Source: the human T2T-CHM13v2.0 reference genome, Homo sapiens
Reading direction: 5' to 3' (one strand)
NCBI RefSeq assembly: GCF_009914755.1
Contig: NC_060945.1
DNA: 64,000 bases
The translations under genes and the position numbers were made by a program. Positions 42,166 through 57,920 of the stretch are shown here, in pieces. Numbering within the stretch: the stretch's first letter is position 1; every line of letters starts with the position of its first letter. A model generated the notes under the pieces. It was not told where the DNA came from. It ran no database searches and saw only the letters and a list, made by a program, of their open reading frames with translations.

Positions 42166-42420
42166 ATTTTGTAGTGGATTAAATCATTGAATTCACCGCA
42201 GATGACAGATAGGTGATAGATAGATGAAAGATAGATAGATAGATAGATGATAGATATTATTTTGTAGTGGATTAAATCTTTGAATTCATGGTAGATGATA
42301 GCTAGCTAGCTAGCTAGATAGATAGATAGATATTATTTTGTAGTGGATAAAATCATTGAATTCACAGTAGACGATAGATGATTGATAGGTAGAGAGATAG
42401 ATAGATAGATGATAGATATT
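42166..42420. repeat. Composite tandem repeat: 3 copies of a 30-35 bp unique unit, each followed by a variable GATA/GCTA tract
   Basis: 'attttgtagtggat(t/a)aaatc(a/t)ttgaattca' starts at 42166, 42259 and 42335. Each copy ends in 'tagatatt'. Confidence 0.92.
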
Positions 42421-42444
42421 TAAAGCATAATTATATATGCTTTA

Positions 42445-42663
42445 AAAACTCTAACAAGAATTATATACAAAAAGATAAAACGCAAAGGGCATATAGATAT
42501 TTAAAGCATAAATATGAAGTGAAAAAAGATTCAAAGCACAAAAGTTAGCTATTTCATGGAAGAAATATCTCTCCTGTCAGTCATTTTAAAAATTGTATAT
42601 GCTTTAAATATCCATATGCCCTTTGCATTTTATCTTTTTGTATATAATTCTCGTTAGAGTTTT
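42445..42663. repeat. 66-bp inverted repeat (arms 42445-42510 and 42598-42663, 63/66 identical) with 87-bp spacer
   Basis: Left arm aaaactctaacaagaattatatacaaaaagataaaacgcaaagggcatatagatatttaaagcata equals the reverse complement of the right arm except at 3 positions. Confidence 0.95.
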
Positions 42664-43442
42664 CAGCAAATAAAAATTGCCCAATAAATACTGTTGAACA
42701 TTTGTTCTTCATTACCTCATACCACCTGCAATGATAGGATTATTCTCATGAATATAATTAAATTATTATTGGCACATTATAAGTAGGCTTTCTTTAATGT
42801 AATTTAATTAGTGCAATCCAAATGCAGAGGAAAATTGACAAGCTAGTACAGAATTTAAAATAACAGACTATACAAAAGTATAGAGGTGTATCTGAAGCTG
42901 CTTTTGAAAGAGCTTCTTCATCTCTCTCACCAGTGAATTGCTTTAACAGCCCCTTCCTTGGCATATTTTAATCTAATCAACTCAGCAGTGCAGTTCTTGG
43001 GAACCAGTATGTCAGTGATGTGTGCCATGTTTACATTTCAGAAACATAAATAAAGATAATAAACATTGTGATTTATTTAAGTAGTCAGCAGGTACTATGA
43101 CTTGTTATTCTCTCCTAATTAAATAAAATAAATAATGAAATAGAAAATAAAATTGTTTAATCGCAGAAGCAACCAAATCATGGAGGTAGATTCATTCTCT
43201 ATTTCTGTGTAGAAATTTTTTAAAGGGTATGTTGCATAGGTTATTTTTTGAGAAAACTTTTAACCTTACACACTAGAATATTAATTTCTTATTTGAAGAA
43301 GAGAGAATGTATTTGGGATTATTTATTTATTTAACAAATTTTTTAATGCTTGCCATTTTCAGGTCCTTTGTAAGTCCCCATGTATTCAGAAATTAGTAAA
43401 ATATAAAAGATCTTTGCCATCTTGGTTCTTAAGGGTGGATGG

Positions 43443-43791
43443 TGATATGGTTTGGCTGTGTTCCCACCCAAATCTCATCTTGAATTGTAGCTCCCATAAT
43501 TCCCATGTGTTGCAGGAGGGACCTGGTGGGAGATAATTGAATCATGGTGGCGGTTCCCCCATGCTGTTCCAGTTGTAATGAATAAGTCTCATGAAATCTG
43601 ATGGTTTTATAAGGGTAAACCACTTTTGCTTGCCTCTTATTTTCTCTCTCGTCTGCCGGATATAAGACACGCCTTTTGCCTTCTGCCATGATTGTGAGGC
43701 CTCCTCAGCCACGTGGAACTGAGTCCATTAAACCTCTTTTTCTTTATAAATTACCCAGTCTCAAGTATGTCTTTATCAGCAGCATGAAGAT
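43443..43791 (+). mobile_element. THE1B-like solo LTR lacking the last ~10 bp
   Basis: 'tgatatggtttggctgtgttcccacccaaatctcatcttgaattgtagctccc...gtctttatcagcagcatgaa'. The terminal actaataca is absent. Confidence 0.93.
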
Positions 43792-45699
43792 GAGAAAGAA
43801 AGCAGTGGAGGTCCACTTCTTGCACCAGAAACGGTTTTTATTCTATATATTATCAAATTCTAGCAAGATTTTGTAACTTACTATGCTTATATAATTTATA
43901 TGTAAATATAAGAGGTACTGTCTTTTATGAAAGAAATAACTAGAAAATAAATTATTTTCAACATAAACTTTTAGGTTTAATTAATTTTAATAAAGAATGA
44001 AAGTATGATTATTTGTATAATATATAATTTTATCTTAAAAATAATTTATGTGTACATTTTGATCATTTAAAATTCGAGCCAACAGATATTTATAAAGCAT
44101 ATCCTAACATCAATGCTAAAGACTTATTATATGAAAAATATCATCTAACAAATATATAAAAGATACAATTGGTTAAATTAATAATTTAAATGAAGTTCTT
44201 TTGTATTATTCAGTCTCTAGACAGTTTGATTGTATGTAGCAAGCTGCAATAAAATGCTTTAAGAAACAAATTAACATTCTTCAGACAAAGCCCGTACTAA
44301 ACCTGAACATACCGAATGACTTCTAGATCTGGGAAAAGAAAATAATTACTAAATAAACAAAATTGCATTTAACACTAGGGAGCTGCTTTTTGACAAAACT
44401 TGTGATATGAAAGTAGCTATTGTTCTCTTAGTCATCAGATGTTTCAGTTGTTAATATACTTTGATTATGAAACTTAGAGAACATGGACTTTCCATATGAC
44501 TGTATTCTTCATATATTTTAATAACTTCAGTATATTGCAAAATTTGAAAACTGTATTCTTTATATTTTGTCTAGTGAAGAAGAAAGACCTAAGTTTTATT
44601 TACTGGTATATATTCAATCCAATAATATGTCATGTCAGTTAATATCTGGTATGTAAATAATTTACTTTCTTAATAATAATTCTATTTTTTGGGCTGGCTG
44701 CATTCCTATAGAGTCAACTTATTAGGTATGAATCACTATTTATATTCAACAGGATTTTTAAATGTGTTAAATAAAATTTAAAATAACTGATGGATATAAC
44801 CATAAGCATGCCATTTGAAATTTTTTGCCTTTTAATGAGTGCCCAATACTAAATTATTCGCCAGATATTCTTAAGTTTAGATTTGTAAGCTTAATAAGAA
44901 ATTATTTACCTTTGGGAGCTGTGATTCATAGAAAGATATTTAAGTAACACAATCTTTAGTACTAATACCATTAATTTCTTAAATGTCAGTTAACACCTGC
45001 ATGATATACCTTTTTTAAAGAAGACTGACTGTTGTGAATAATTTTCATGCATCAATCAAATTACATTTCCTGAGTTGCATGTGTCTTATTTGAATAAATA
45101 ATATAGAGCCCTGGGCCAAACCAGTAGCACAATTATAGTTTACATATAAACCCAAATCTGTATCCTGTTATATAGTACACACCTTTTTCTCTGGTAGTAA
45201 TTGCTAAAATCTGAAAACTAATCCTTCAGTTTTCTGCCATTCTCTGTGGGTAGTCAGATGGAAATAGCACAATATGGTTCCATCATAGGGCAGTGAATAT
45301 TGTATATTTGATCTTAAAAATAAAATAGGAAATAAAATTAGAATAATGAGTATTAACAAAAGAAAGCTAAAACTGAAGCTTTGCAAAAACTGATAAATGA
45401 AAGTACCTCTGGCAATACCATTCCATAAAATATTAAGATTTCCTGAATTGAAAATTTTCCAAATATCTTGGGTTTAAAAAATACTGAAAAGTTTGGATTT
45501 AATGTATACTTATATACTAAATGTCTAAGCATCCAGCCCTCTCCACATACTTAGTTTTCATAGCTGCTAATAGCCAGTTCTATATATTATGTTGTTAGGA
45601 TTCTATCAAGTTCAATAGGAAATTATTAAAGAAAATAAGAATTCTCCAGGGAAATGCCACTGCCCAATAAATTATAATAAAGAGTACTGCTAGCAAGCC

Positions 45700-45960
45700 A
45701 AAATAATGAGTCTAGAGCATTCTGTTAACAACTCAGAAACTCAAATTTAAATACAAACCAAATACAAGCATCAACACACATCTTTGAAAACCTACTACCA
45801 TGAAAGATAGAGACTAAAACAAACAAATGGAAAAAAACAACTTGAAGGGAAGGAGATTCTATTAAGACGAAGACACTTTCACAACTGAATTGTTCATATC
45901 AAAGAAGCAGGTGAAAAATTATAGTCAATGGAAAATGAAACAAAAACAATAACAGGGCAC
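45700..45960 (+). mobile_element. HAL1-like fragment
   Basis: 'ccatgaaagatagagactaaaacaaacaaatggaaaaaaacaacttgaagggaaggagattct' resembles recalled HAL1. Confidence 0.55.
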
Positions 45961-46019
45961 TAAAACATGGATGGATTGAAAGAACAAAAAGAGATTCTGG
46001 ATACTATAATTATGGGAGC

Positions 46020-46725
46020 CTGCCACTCCTTAGGCGTTAATCACAGAAAAATTTACATTTCCATTCATGCAAAAATATTTATACAAATATTCATAGCAGT
46101 TCCATTTGAAACAACCAAACACTGGAACAACCCAAATGTCCTTCATGGGTAAGTGGTGACACACACTGTGGCACTTCCTTGCCTTGGAATAAAACTCATC
46201 AACAAAAAAGGAGCAATCTATGAATGCATATAACAACTTGGAATTCTCAAGAGAATTATGCTCACCAAAAAAAGCATCACAAAATGTTTCATATCATATG
46301 ACTCAATTTGTATCGTGTTCTTGAAATAACATAGAGATGGAGACAGATTAGTGGCTGGCAGAGATTAAGGATTGAAGAGGAGGAGCTGGATATGATGGAT
46401 ATGACTATAAAGTGGTAGCACAAAGAAACTCTGTGGTGATGAACAATTTGGTATCTTGATGGCGATGGTGGTTACACAATCCTACACACATGATAAAGTT
46501 GCATGAATGTACACAAACACACACATTGCTTATAAAACTAGTAAATTAGGTAAATTAGAATAAACTGTGGATTATGCATATGTCAGTGTATTGGTTTTGC
46601 TGGTGCACTATAGTTATGCAAGATGTTAGTACTAGGAGAATCCAAGTGAAGGATACATGAAACGTCTTTATATATATATATTTTTTTTGAAATTTTCAAT
46701 GAATTGATTATTTCAAAATAATATT
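46020..46725 (+). mobile_element. L1MC/L1MD-like 3' end
   Basis: 'ccaaacactggaacaacccaaatgtccttca', 'gagatggagacagattagtggctggcag', 'tggtggttacacaatcctacacacatgataaagttgcat' and 'ctatagttatgcaagatgtta'. Confidence 0.85.
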
Positions 46726-47025
46726 TTAGAAATATGGTAGGCTAAATTTTTAAAAATACTATTTTTGGAAATAGTAATAAAGTGTGCTTTCCAGGAAAAG
46801 TATAACAGTCATGGACAATGGGAATAATTCAGAACCAGTCCAAGATGTTCAATAACTGAATAACAACTAACTCTAATGGCAGAACAAAAAACAAATAGAG
46901 AAAGATTATTCTGAGTTACAACTGGCACAATAGTTTACATTTTCTAATCAAAAATTACTTTTCATTGCTCTCCAAAATGAATTTTGAATATAATACATAG
47001 TGCCTACTTATAAATGGCTTACTCT

Positions 47026-47660
47026 CAGTGGGAGTCAGCAAATGATGGCCTGAGAGCCAAATCTTGACAACCACCTGTTTTGGGAAGTCTGCAAAAATTA
47101 AAAAATGCTTTTAAAAAATAATTTTACTGAATAAAGACAAGGTGATGTATATATACACCATGGAATACTATGCAGCCATTAAAAAGAATGAGGTCATGTC
47201 CTTTGCAGCAACACAGATGGAACTGGAGGTTATTATCCTTAGCAAATTAATGCAGGAACAGATAACCATATACTGAATGTTCTTGCTTACAAATGGGAGC
47301 TAAGCAATGAGAATACATGGTCACAAAGAGGGGTACAACGGAGACTGAGGCCTACATGAAGGTGGAGTGTGGGAGGAGGGGAAGGATTAAAAAAATGTCC
47401 ATCAGTTACTATGCTTATTACCTGGGTGATGAAATAATCTGTACCACAAACCCCCATGACACACAGTATACCTATATAACAGGCCTGTACATATAACCCT
47501 GAACCTAAAGTAAAAGTTAAATAATAATAATTTGAAATCATTACATTATAAATGGTTATATAAATACCTACATAATATCTTCAATTTTTTTATCTGGTTA
47601 GCAAGCCTGAAATTTTTACCATCTGGCCCTTTAAGAAAAAAAATCTGCTAACCTCTCATC
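47026..47660 (+). mobile_element. MER58-like hAT MITE interrupted by an L1PA 3' end
   Basis: 5' part 'gagtcagcaaatgatggcctgagagccaaatc' and 3' part 'aatttttaccatctggccctttaagaaaaaaaatctgctaacctct'. Confidence 0.7.
47138..47530 (+). mobile_element. L1PA15/16-like 3' end
   Basis: 'caccatggaatactatgcagccattaaaaagaatgagg', 'tgcttattacctgggtgatgaaataatctgtac' and 'ccctgaacctaaagtaaaagtt'. Confidence 0.9.
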
Positions 47661-48011
47661 TAGAGGAATCTGAGAAACAGATCTTCTATAGAGATAAGGT
47701 TTAGATGATGCCAGAGAGTAACCTAATTATAAAAATTAAAAGTTATGTCAGGTAGGAAACATCTTCTCCATTCCGGAGAGGGACAGCTTTTTTGACATTG
47801 GTAAACAAATTAAATTGAGAAACATTCAGAAAATTCATTGTAATTTGAAAATCAAATGCATACCAGCAATAGAATTTAACAAGCCCAGAATATACCCCGA
47901 CACAAAAAAACAAAAACAAAAACAAAAAAAAACCCAGAAGCCAAAAACAAACAAACAAACAAAAAACATGGAGTTTGGTAATTACTTTCATAGAATGAAA
48001 AGCACAGTGTA

Positions 48012-48156
48012 GGCCAGGCACGGTGGCTCAGTGATACGCCTGTAATCCCAACGCTCTGGGAGGCCCCGCGGAGTGGATTACTTGAGCCCAGGAGTTTGAG
48101 ACCAGCCTGGGCCACATGGCGAGACCCCATTTCTAATTAAAAAGAAAACAAAAAGA
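48012..48156 (+). mobile_element. Alu monomer (FLAM_C-like)
   Basis: Single left arm 'ggccaggcacggtggctca...cttgagcccaggagtttgagaccagcctggg' with an A tail. Degenerate TSD gaaaagcacagtgt / gaaaagtgtagtgt. Confidence 0.85.
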
Positions 48157-48567
48157 GGAAAAGTGTAGTGTGTAATAGTTCTGAATAACTTCATTCCACA
48201 TCCACCCCCACCGAATTGGTTAATATCTATAATTAGTTTGTTTCATGGTGTCAAAGAAATTTTATATTAACCAAGAAATTCAAGAAGGTCCTCAAAAACC
48301 TCTTTTTGAGCATGTTTTAACACACCAAAAATTTTCAAAGGAGAATAATGTGTAATAGTTTATTTTATATAAGCAAAAATATTTTAAACATGTACTAATT
48401 TATTAAAGATAATGTAAAGTACAGAGAGCTAGCACATTCTTTTTGGTCAAATATGTTTTTTCTTAGCATTAATGATATGTAAAACCAGAACCACAAACAG
48501 TAACTAAACACGTTGATATTTTACCAGATGACAGTTTTACTTGTGTTAAACATTAAAAATGGAAATA

Positions 48568-48956
<389 letters not shown>

Positions 48957-50060
48957 TCAAATTTTCCAAAATCAGATGTTAAAACAGATTTTGAGATACA
49001 AACTGTTTATTAGGGATCAACAGTTATTAAAGGAAGTGGGTGGAAGCCAGATTGGGCAAAAGAAGTGCAAATGCAACAAAATCCAAATTATTATTGGCTG
49101 ATCCAGCATCACGGTTTCAAAGAAAATTTGGTATGAAATACAAAATGCATAGTCATTCCAGGTTCTATAAATATTTTTCTGAGTACATTTTTTAAATCTC
49201 AAGGAGAGATACAACTTATACCCAAAAAATAACATTTAGTATGAGAAAAATATTTTAAATATTTACTAAATCATTGACAGAATTTAAGATTCTATGAGCT
49301 TACTAATAGAATTCTTTTAGAATAATCTTTTCTCCTAGATGAGAGTAAGTAATATGCAAAAAAAATTGGACAGCTAAACAAAGCACACTGTAATTGCAAC
49401 AAACTCTTCTGATTATAAACCTTCCAATATTTTACTTTTCCAAAATCAAAGGAAAATGAGCCTGCATATTTTACCTAAATGTGTAATAATTACTACTAAA
49501 AATTGCACTATATTTAATAAGCCTGAGGAGACCATTCAGTTCAGCATTCTGTGTTAACTTGACATAAAGATCACGTATTCATTAATATTTTGCCACAATA
49601 ATCTCAAATTTCATACATGCAATTAGTAAGAAGTTTCCATTCAATACCAAGAATTGAGAGTAAAACCAGACTTTCTATAATTTTGTGTTTAATTTGTAGA
49701 TGAAATATCATACCAACATTTCAGTTAACCTTATGAACATTTTGCTTAAATCCTTCAATATTTTGTTTTGAAACATGAATATACTTTCTCTGCAATTATA
49801 AATTATTCAGTTTACAAAGGATCAATCACATTGTTGCTTTCTTTTTTTGAGGTTTTATGCTATTTTATTCTGTTCTTTCATTTGTTGTTGTTTTTTTTTT
49901 TTTTCCAAATACACATATTCACATTTCTAAAAGTCAAATGGCTCAACGAGGTTTTTACCAAAAAGTAGATTCCTTTTTTTCACTTTACTCATTTCTCCCT
50001 TCCCAGAGACACAGGGTTTCAACTTGTTCAGTACTAACTTTCTTCTAAGCTATTTTGCAT

Positions 50061-50566
50061 TGTAAGGGAGAAAATATAATTTCTTTTTTCCTCTCATATT
50101 TTCTTAGTTGAGATATTCTCCTGAAAACTAAAGTAAGACTAACAAGAGAAAAACCAGAAGTTTATTAACAGGTGCTGTGCTCATCATGCAGGAGAGGCCT
50201 CAGTTCAAAAATATTTCTCTCTCAAGGCAGTGGCTTGGGGGCCTGGTTTAAGTAGTATTTTTTTTTAAGCCATAAATCCTATGTAATGACAAGACAAAGT
50301 AAAGTGCATCTTCAGGCTTCCAAAAGGTGAGAAAATGTTGGAAGGTAAATTTCTGGGAAAAGTGGTCTTTTCCTAGACCTGCTGGTGCTACCGTCTCTGA
50401 GCTGATAAGCAAGCATCGTAAAGAGGGAAAAGGCAGAGATGGGTGCAAAAAGACCTTTTTCTTTGTAATTTGCTGTCCTGCCATCAGGAATTTGGAGCAA
50501 GGAATAGAGCCTTCTTTATCTCAGCACTCCCTGGTATTTCAGACAGAAATATTTTGGTTTCTTTCA
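50061..50566 (-). mobile_element. ERV1 solo LTR, MER34-group-like, inserted in a HAL1-like remnant
   Basis: tgt...ttca termini with perfect 4-bp TSD gcat (50057-50060 and 50567-50570). Contains 'gactaacaagagaaaaaccagaagtttattaaca' and ends 'aaatattttggtttctttca'. Confidence 0.8.
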
Positions 50567-51369
50567 GCATCAAATAATGTGTAAATTTCAAATACATGTT
50601 TTTAGCTCTAATCTGGGGTGGTAGTTAGCTGGGTCTTGGGCATTATGCCCATCTTGCCAACGCTATTCATCTCTTTCCTGGATAGAATGATTTTTTTTTC
50701 TTTTCCTATTCCTCATTTAGTCCTAATTTTGGGTAAAACACTTCTAGTTACTTACTAAGGGAGGTTGCATGAGTGGTAATTTTTTGAGATTGTATTCATT
50801 TAATTAAACTCTCGTATTTGATAGACAATTGCTTGGATATTGAATTTTTGCCAAAACCTTATTTTGTTTATTTTGGATGCATTGCTCCATTAAACTATAA
50901 CAAATCACATGTCTGTAGGCTTCACTGTTCTTACCTTTAAAAAGTGTTATCTTTAAAAAGAAAATGCATAAAGAAATTATTACAAATCTATGCTAATTGT
51001 AATACAGTGTATAATGAGGTCATTTGTGATAAAAGTAGTATAAAAGAGTGATGAAACATGGCAATAGAGGAGCAAATATTTGAATATTATTGAAATTACA
51101 TTCCTATTAATCTGACTTGGATTGTTGTAAATCATGATGTTAATGAAAATGGCATACCCCTACAGGTTTAGAAAATCCAGAAAGGGTACAGCATTCATTG
51201 AAAGGATATCAAGTAATCTTTTTTGTATATTTCAAAGTGAAGTAACCAGACTGATACATCCCTAGTGATGCTCACCCTCAGAACCTGTGAGCATGTTATC
51301 TTGTTATGAAAAATAAAACTTGCAGATGTGATTAAGATTAAGGACCTTCAGGTGAGGAGATTATTCTGG

Positions 51370-51723
51370 TGATATGATTTGGCTGTGTCCCCACCCAAAT
51401 CTCAACTTGAATTGTATCTCCCAGAATTCCCACGTGTTGTGAGAGGGACCTAGGGGGAGGTAATTGATTCATGGGGGCTGGTCTTTCCTGTGCTATTCTC
51501 ATGATGATGAATAAGTCTCATGAGATCTGATGGGTTTATCGGGAGTTTCTGCTTTTGATTCTTCCTCATTTTCTCTTGCCACTCCCATGTAAGAAGTGCC
51601 TTCTGCCTCCCGCCATGATTCTGAGGCCTCCCCAGCCATGTGGAACTCTAAGTCCAATTAAACCTCTTTTTCCTCCCAGTCTCAGGTATGTCTTTATCAG
51701 CAGCGTGAAAATGAACTAATACA
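51370..51723 (+). mobile_element. THE1A solo LTR
   Basis: 'ctcaacttgaattgtatctcccagaattcccacgtgttg' (THE1A-type) ... 'aactaataca'. TSD tctgg/cctgg. Confidence 0.93.
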
Positions 51724-52091
51724 CCTGGATTAACTAGGCAGCCTAATCTAAACACTTTGACTCCTTAAAAGTGATAATCTTTCCTGAGTGAAGTAGAAGT
51801 ATGAGAATAAGGAGAGATTTCAAGTGTGAAACTGCCTCACCGTAAATGGCTTTCAAGATAGAGGAAGGAAGATGAAAGATGAGCCAAGAAATGTGGGTAG
51901 CCTCAAACAGCTGGAAACAGTCCTCACTGACAGCCAGTAAGAAAAGAAGGATTTAAGTTCAACAACTACAAGGGTCAGAATTTGGCTAATGACCTGTATG
52001 AGCAAAAGAACAATACCTACCTCAAATCCTTCAGAAAGGAAATACCTTTATTTTAGTCCTGTGAGACCTGTAAGATAATACATATGTGTAG

Positions 52092-52407
<316 letters not shown>

Positions 52408-53499
52408 CTACATGTGTGTAGTTTTAAGCTAACAAGTGTGTGATGATTTACTAAGGCATCACTACAAACCAATACATGCATTTTGAAAATAAAGATAGAA
52501 TACCTATATGAATTAACGAACTGGCATGAACAGTGGGAAGGGGTAGTGGTATCACTGCTTCATTTCCAGAGCAAATGACATAGTTTCATAATTTAAATGT
52601 GGATTACATTTAAATAGTGATGAGAGAAGTAAAGAATGTACCCCAGAAACAGTTTGAAGTTCCAAGAAAAGTGGATGAGCATTACACTTTCCCAGAATTA
52701 AAAAGCCATCAATGTGACTGGACCAGTATATTATAGTAAATGAATAATAAAGTAAATAATCATATGTTGTCAAGTTCTAAAATTCTCTGTACCTGCTCTA
52801 ATGACTTCTTTTAAGCAGATCTGTCACTATCAGTTTCCATTAAAATCCAAACAAAAAAAGAGAACAGTAATAAAATAAATATATTATATTTGTACTCCTA
52901 AAGAAAGAAGCTGAGACATAAAATATAATTTTAAAGAATGTTCTTGAGCCAAAATGAGGACCGTTGCCCAGGAAACATTTCCAGATTACCTTGGAAGTTT
53001 CTCTGTTTGGTCTTTGTTACAGGTCAGTTTTTAAGGGCAAAAAGGGGGACAAGAAGTGGGCTACAGCAAAGTTGTCAGGAATTGTTTTACAGAAATAACA
53101 TTGATTAATGATTGGCTATACATTTTTAAACTATAGACTATGAGTTATGGTGTCCAGCATGTGGTGTCGTTAGGTTAGTTTGTAGTAACTTGTGGCATCG
53201 GTCAGTCTAGAGTCCACATAGCAAGCAGCTTCAGTGATGATTGCATTGCTCAAGGGGGATAGGAGTGGGACATGATGGGTGTCTCATTTCAGTGCCTCTC
53301 TGGGCCTGACAACTTAAAGGGGGCTCACATTTCTCAGATAACAAGTTTATTTTCTTTATTATTTTCCCTTTTGGTCAAAATATTTCCTCTTGAAAGCAAT
53401 CATGATCAAAGTCTGAATTTTAAGATGTACCTTGTCGCCAAGAAGCCTTATTCTTGGATAATCCTGTCGCATATTGGGGAAAATGAGAAAATGTCATGG

Positions 53500-54640
53500 T
53501 GAGGAATTTTAAGACTGTGCAAAAGCCAAATTGCTATTAAAGAGTGGCAAAAATGCAACCTTAGTTGTTGATTTACATAGCTGCTATTACTTGTTGAATC
53601 ATATCTAGTCTTCAAAGTACCATGATTTTGGTTTCCTTAGAAGAAGTAAAATGAAAGATACATAGCATTAATAAGTTTAATAGTAGAAATATTATGCACA
53701 TAAGGATTGTAATGAAAAAGATAATTTGTTTGGGAACCTATTCCATCTAAGACCCAACTAAAAACTAAATGAAGTAAACTAAATCCAGTTTCTTCTTTGT
53801 ATACTTGTAGCCAAGTGGCTTCTTTGCTAAACTTTTTCTGGAAGAGTTTCTACTTTTATAGGAAGTATATATATATATATATACTTCCTATAAAATATAT
53901 ACTTCCTATATACTTCCTATAAAAGTATATGCTTCTATAATATATATATAACAAGAAGTATTTATCACCAAGCATACATCTCCTTGCCCAGTCAGCATAT
54001 AGCCTAAAAAATGCAACTCTCTAGTACAACCTTAGCCGGTTAATCAATAGCTTTTTGTTGAGCTGTGATGGAGGTTACAGTTTCATCACAATATTTCCTA
54101 AAGTTATAAAAAAAATTATTACCATGTGTTCATGGAAAGTGACACCCAACCAAGGCAAAAAAGCATTCTCCCAATTAAATGCATGTAACTATCTTCTTGA
54201 TGGCTAGGCAGATAATGAGCAGATTTCTCCCAAATAGAATAACCATCCCGAATAGATTAGTGGTCACACCTAAAGAAAAGTTTGAGGGAACTAGTCTAGT
54301 GTTGTGGTTTTTTCAGAGCTATATGTACATAGAGAAGGGAACTCATCCAGTTTGTTGTTTTTTTTTTCATAGCAATAGATATAGACAGAGGAGGAAGAGA
54401 TATTGCTTTTCATTGTTTCATGCTCTTAGACGTTTATAGGCCCATCAACTAGTATGATGTATCCTAAGAGATTATATGTAGAATAATTTTACCAAAACCA
54501 GCAAGAGAGGAGTCCTATCATACGAAAGAGGCCTAAAAACACGAGTATACTCGTCAACACAAATAGGAGACCAAATGTTTCAGGTGGAGTAAACATTAGA
54601 ATCGTGAGGAACTGGGTATACAGCCCAGGTTTGGTATCTT
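53500..54640 (-). pseudogene. ERV1 env remnant (gamma-type TM recognisable, SU apparently shortened)
   Basis: Minus strand gives, across frameshifts, '..PWLGVTFHEHMV..ETVTSITAQQKAID*..AKVVLE..YML..QGDVCLVINTSCY'. This is a heptad/ISD-like segment plus a decayed CX6CC motif at about 53950-54160. Confidence 0.75.
53851..53950. repeat. Perfect 42-bp palindrome (53854-53895) with extra copies of tatatacttcctata
   Basis: ttttataggaag-(ta)9-cttcctataaaa. Positions 53851-53871 are also the exact reverse complement of 53907-53927. Confidence 0.95.
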
Positions 54641-54763
54641 GGCAGAATGGCAGAATCAGACTACCTCAGGTGTCAGCTACTTGATGCCTTGGTCAGAAAG
54701 ACTGTGAGTCAGCTTCAGTTAACCTTCTCCAGTGACGGAAGATGTCTACTCTGGTGGAGTTGC

Positions 54764-55398
<635 letters not shown>

Positions 55399-55691
55399 GG
55401 GGTTACCTTTTCTAATGAGAAACATGAATCCATAAGTCAATGTCCTTAAATCTAGCAGCACAGGAATTGGTCTACAATACCTGATATGGTCCATTCCAAT
55501 GGTGTTAGAGGGAATCTTTTACTTAGGATTGTCTCCAGTAAATGAAATCTCCAAGTTGTAGGCCATGCTTTTTAGGTCTTCATCTCCCAGAACCTCACTG
55601 TGAAATAAATATTTAATTTGGAGTTCTTAGTGAGAAGTTTTGTGAGACCTTGGCAATAATCGAGGATATCACCTTTAAGAAGTATAGGCTC

Positions 55692-57920
<2,229 letters not shown>

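Noticed and set aside
42166-42420. CRISPR-like repeat-spacer appearance
   Set aside because: The spacers are GATA microsatellite, there are only three units, the context is primate DNA and no cas genes are present.
53500-54640. Possible domesticated (syncytin-like) env
   Set aside because: Multiple stops and frameshifts, decayed ISD and CX6CC, a palindromic insertion and a shortened SU.
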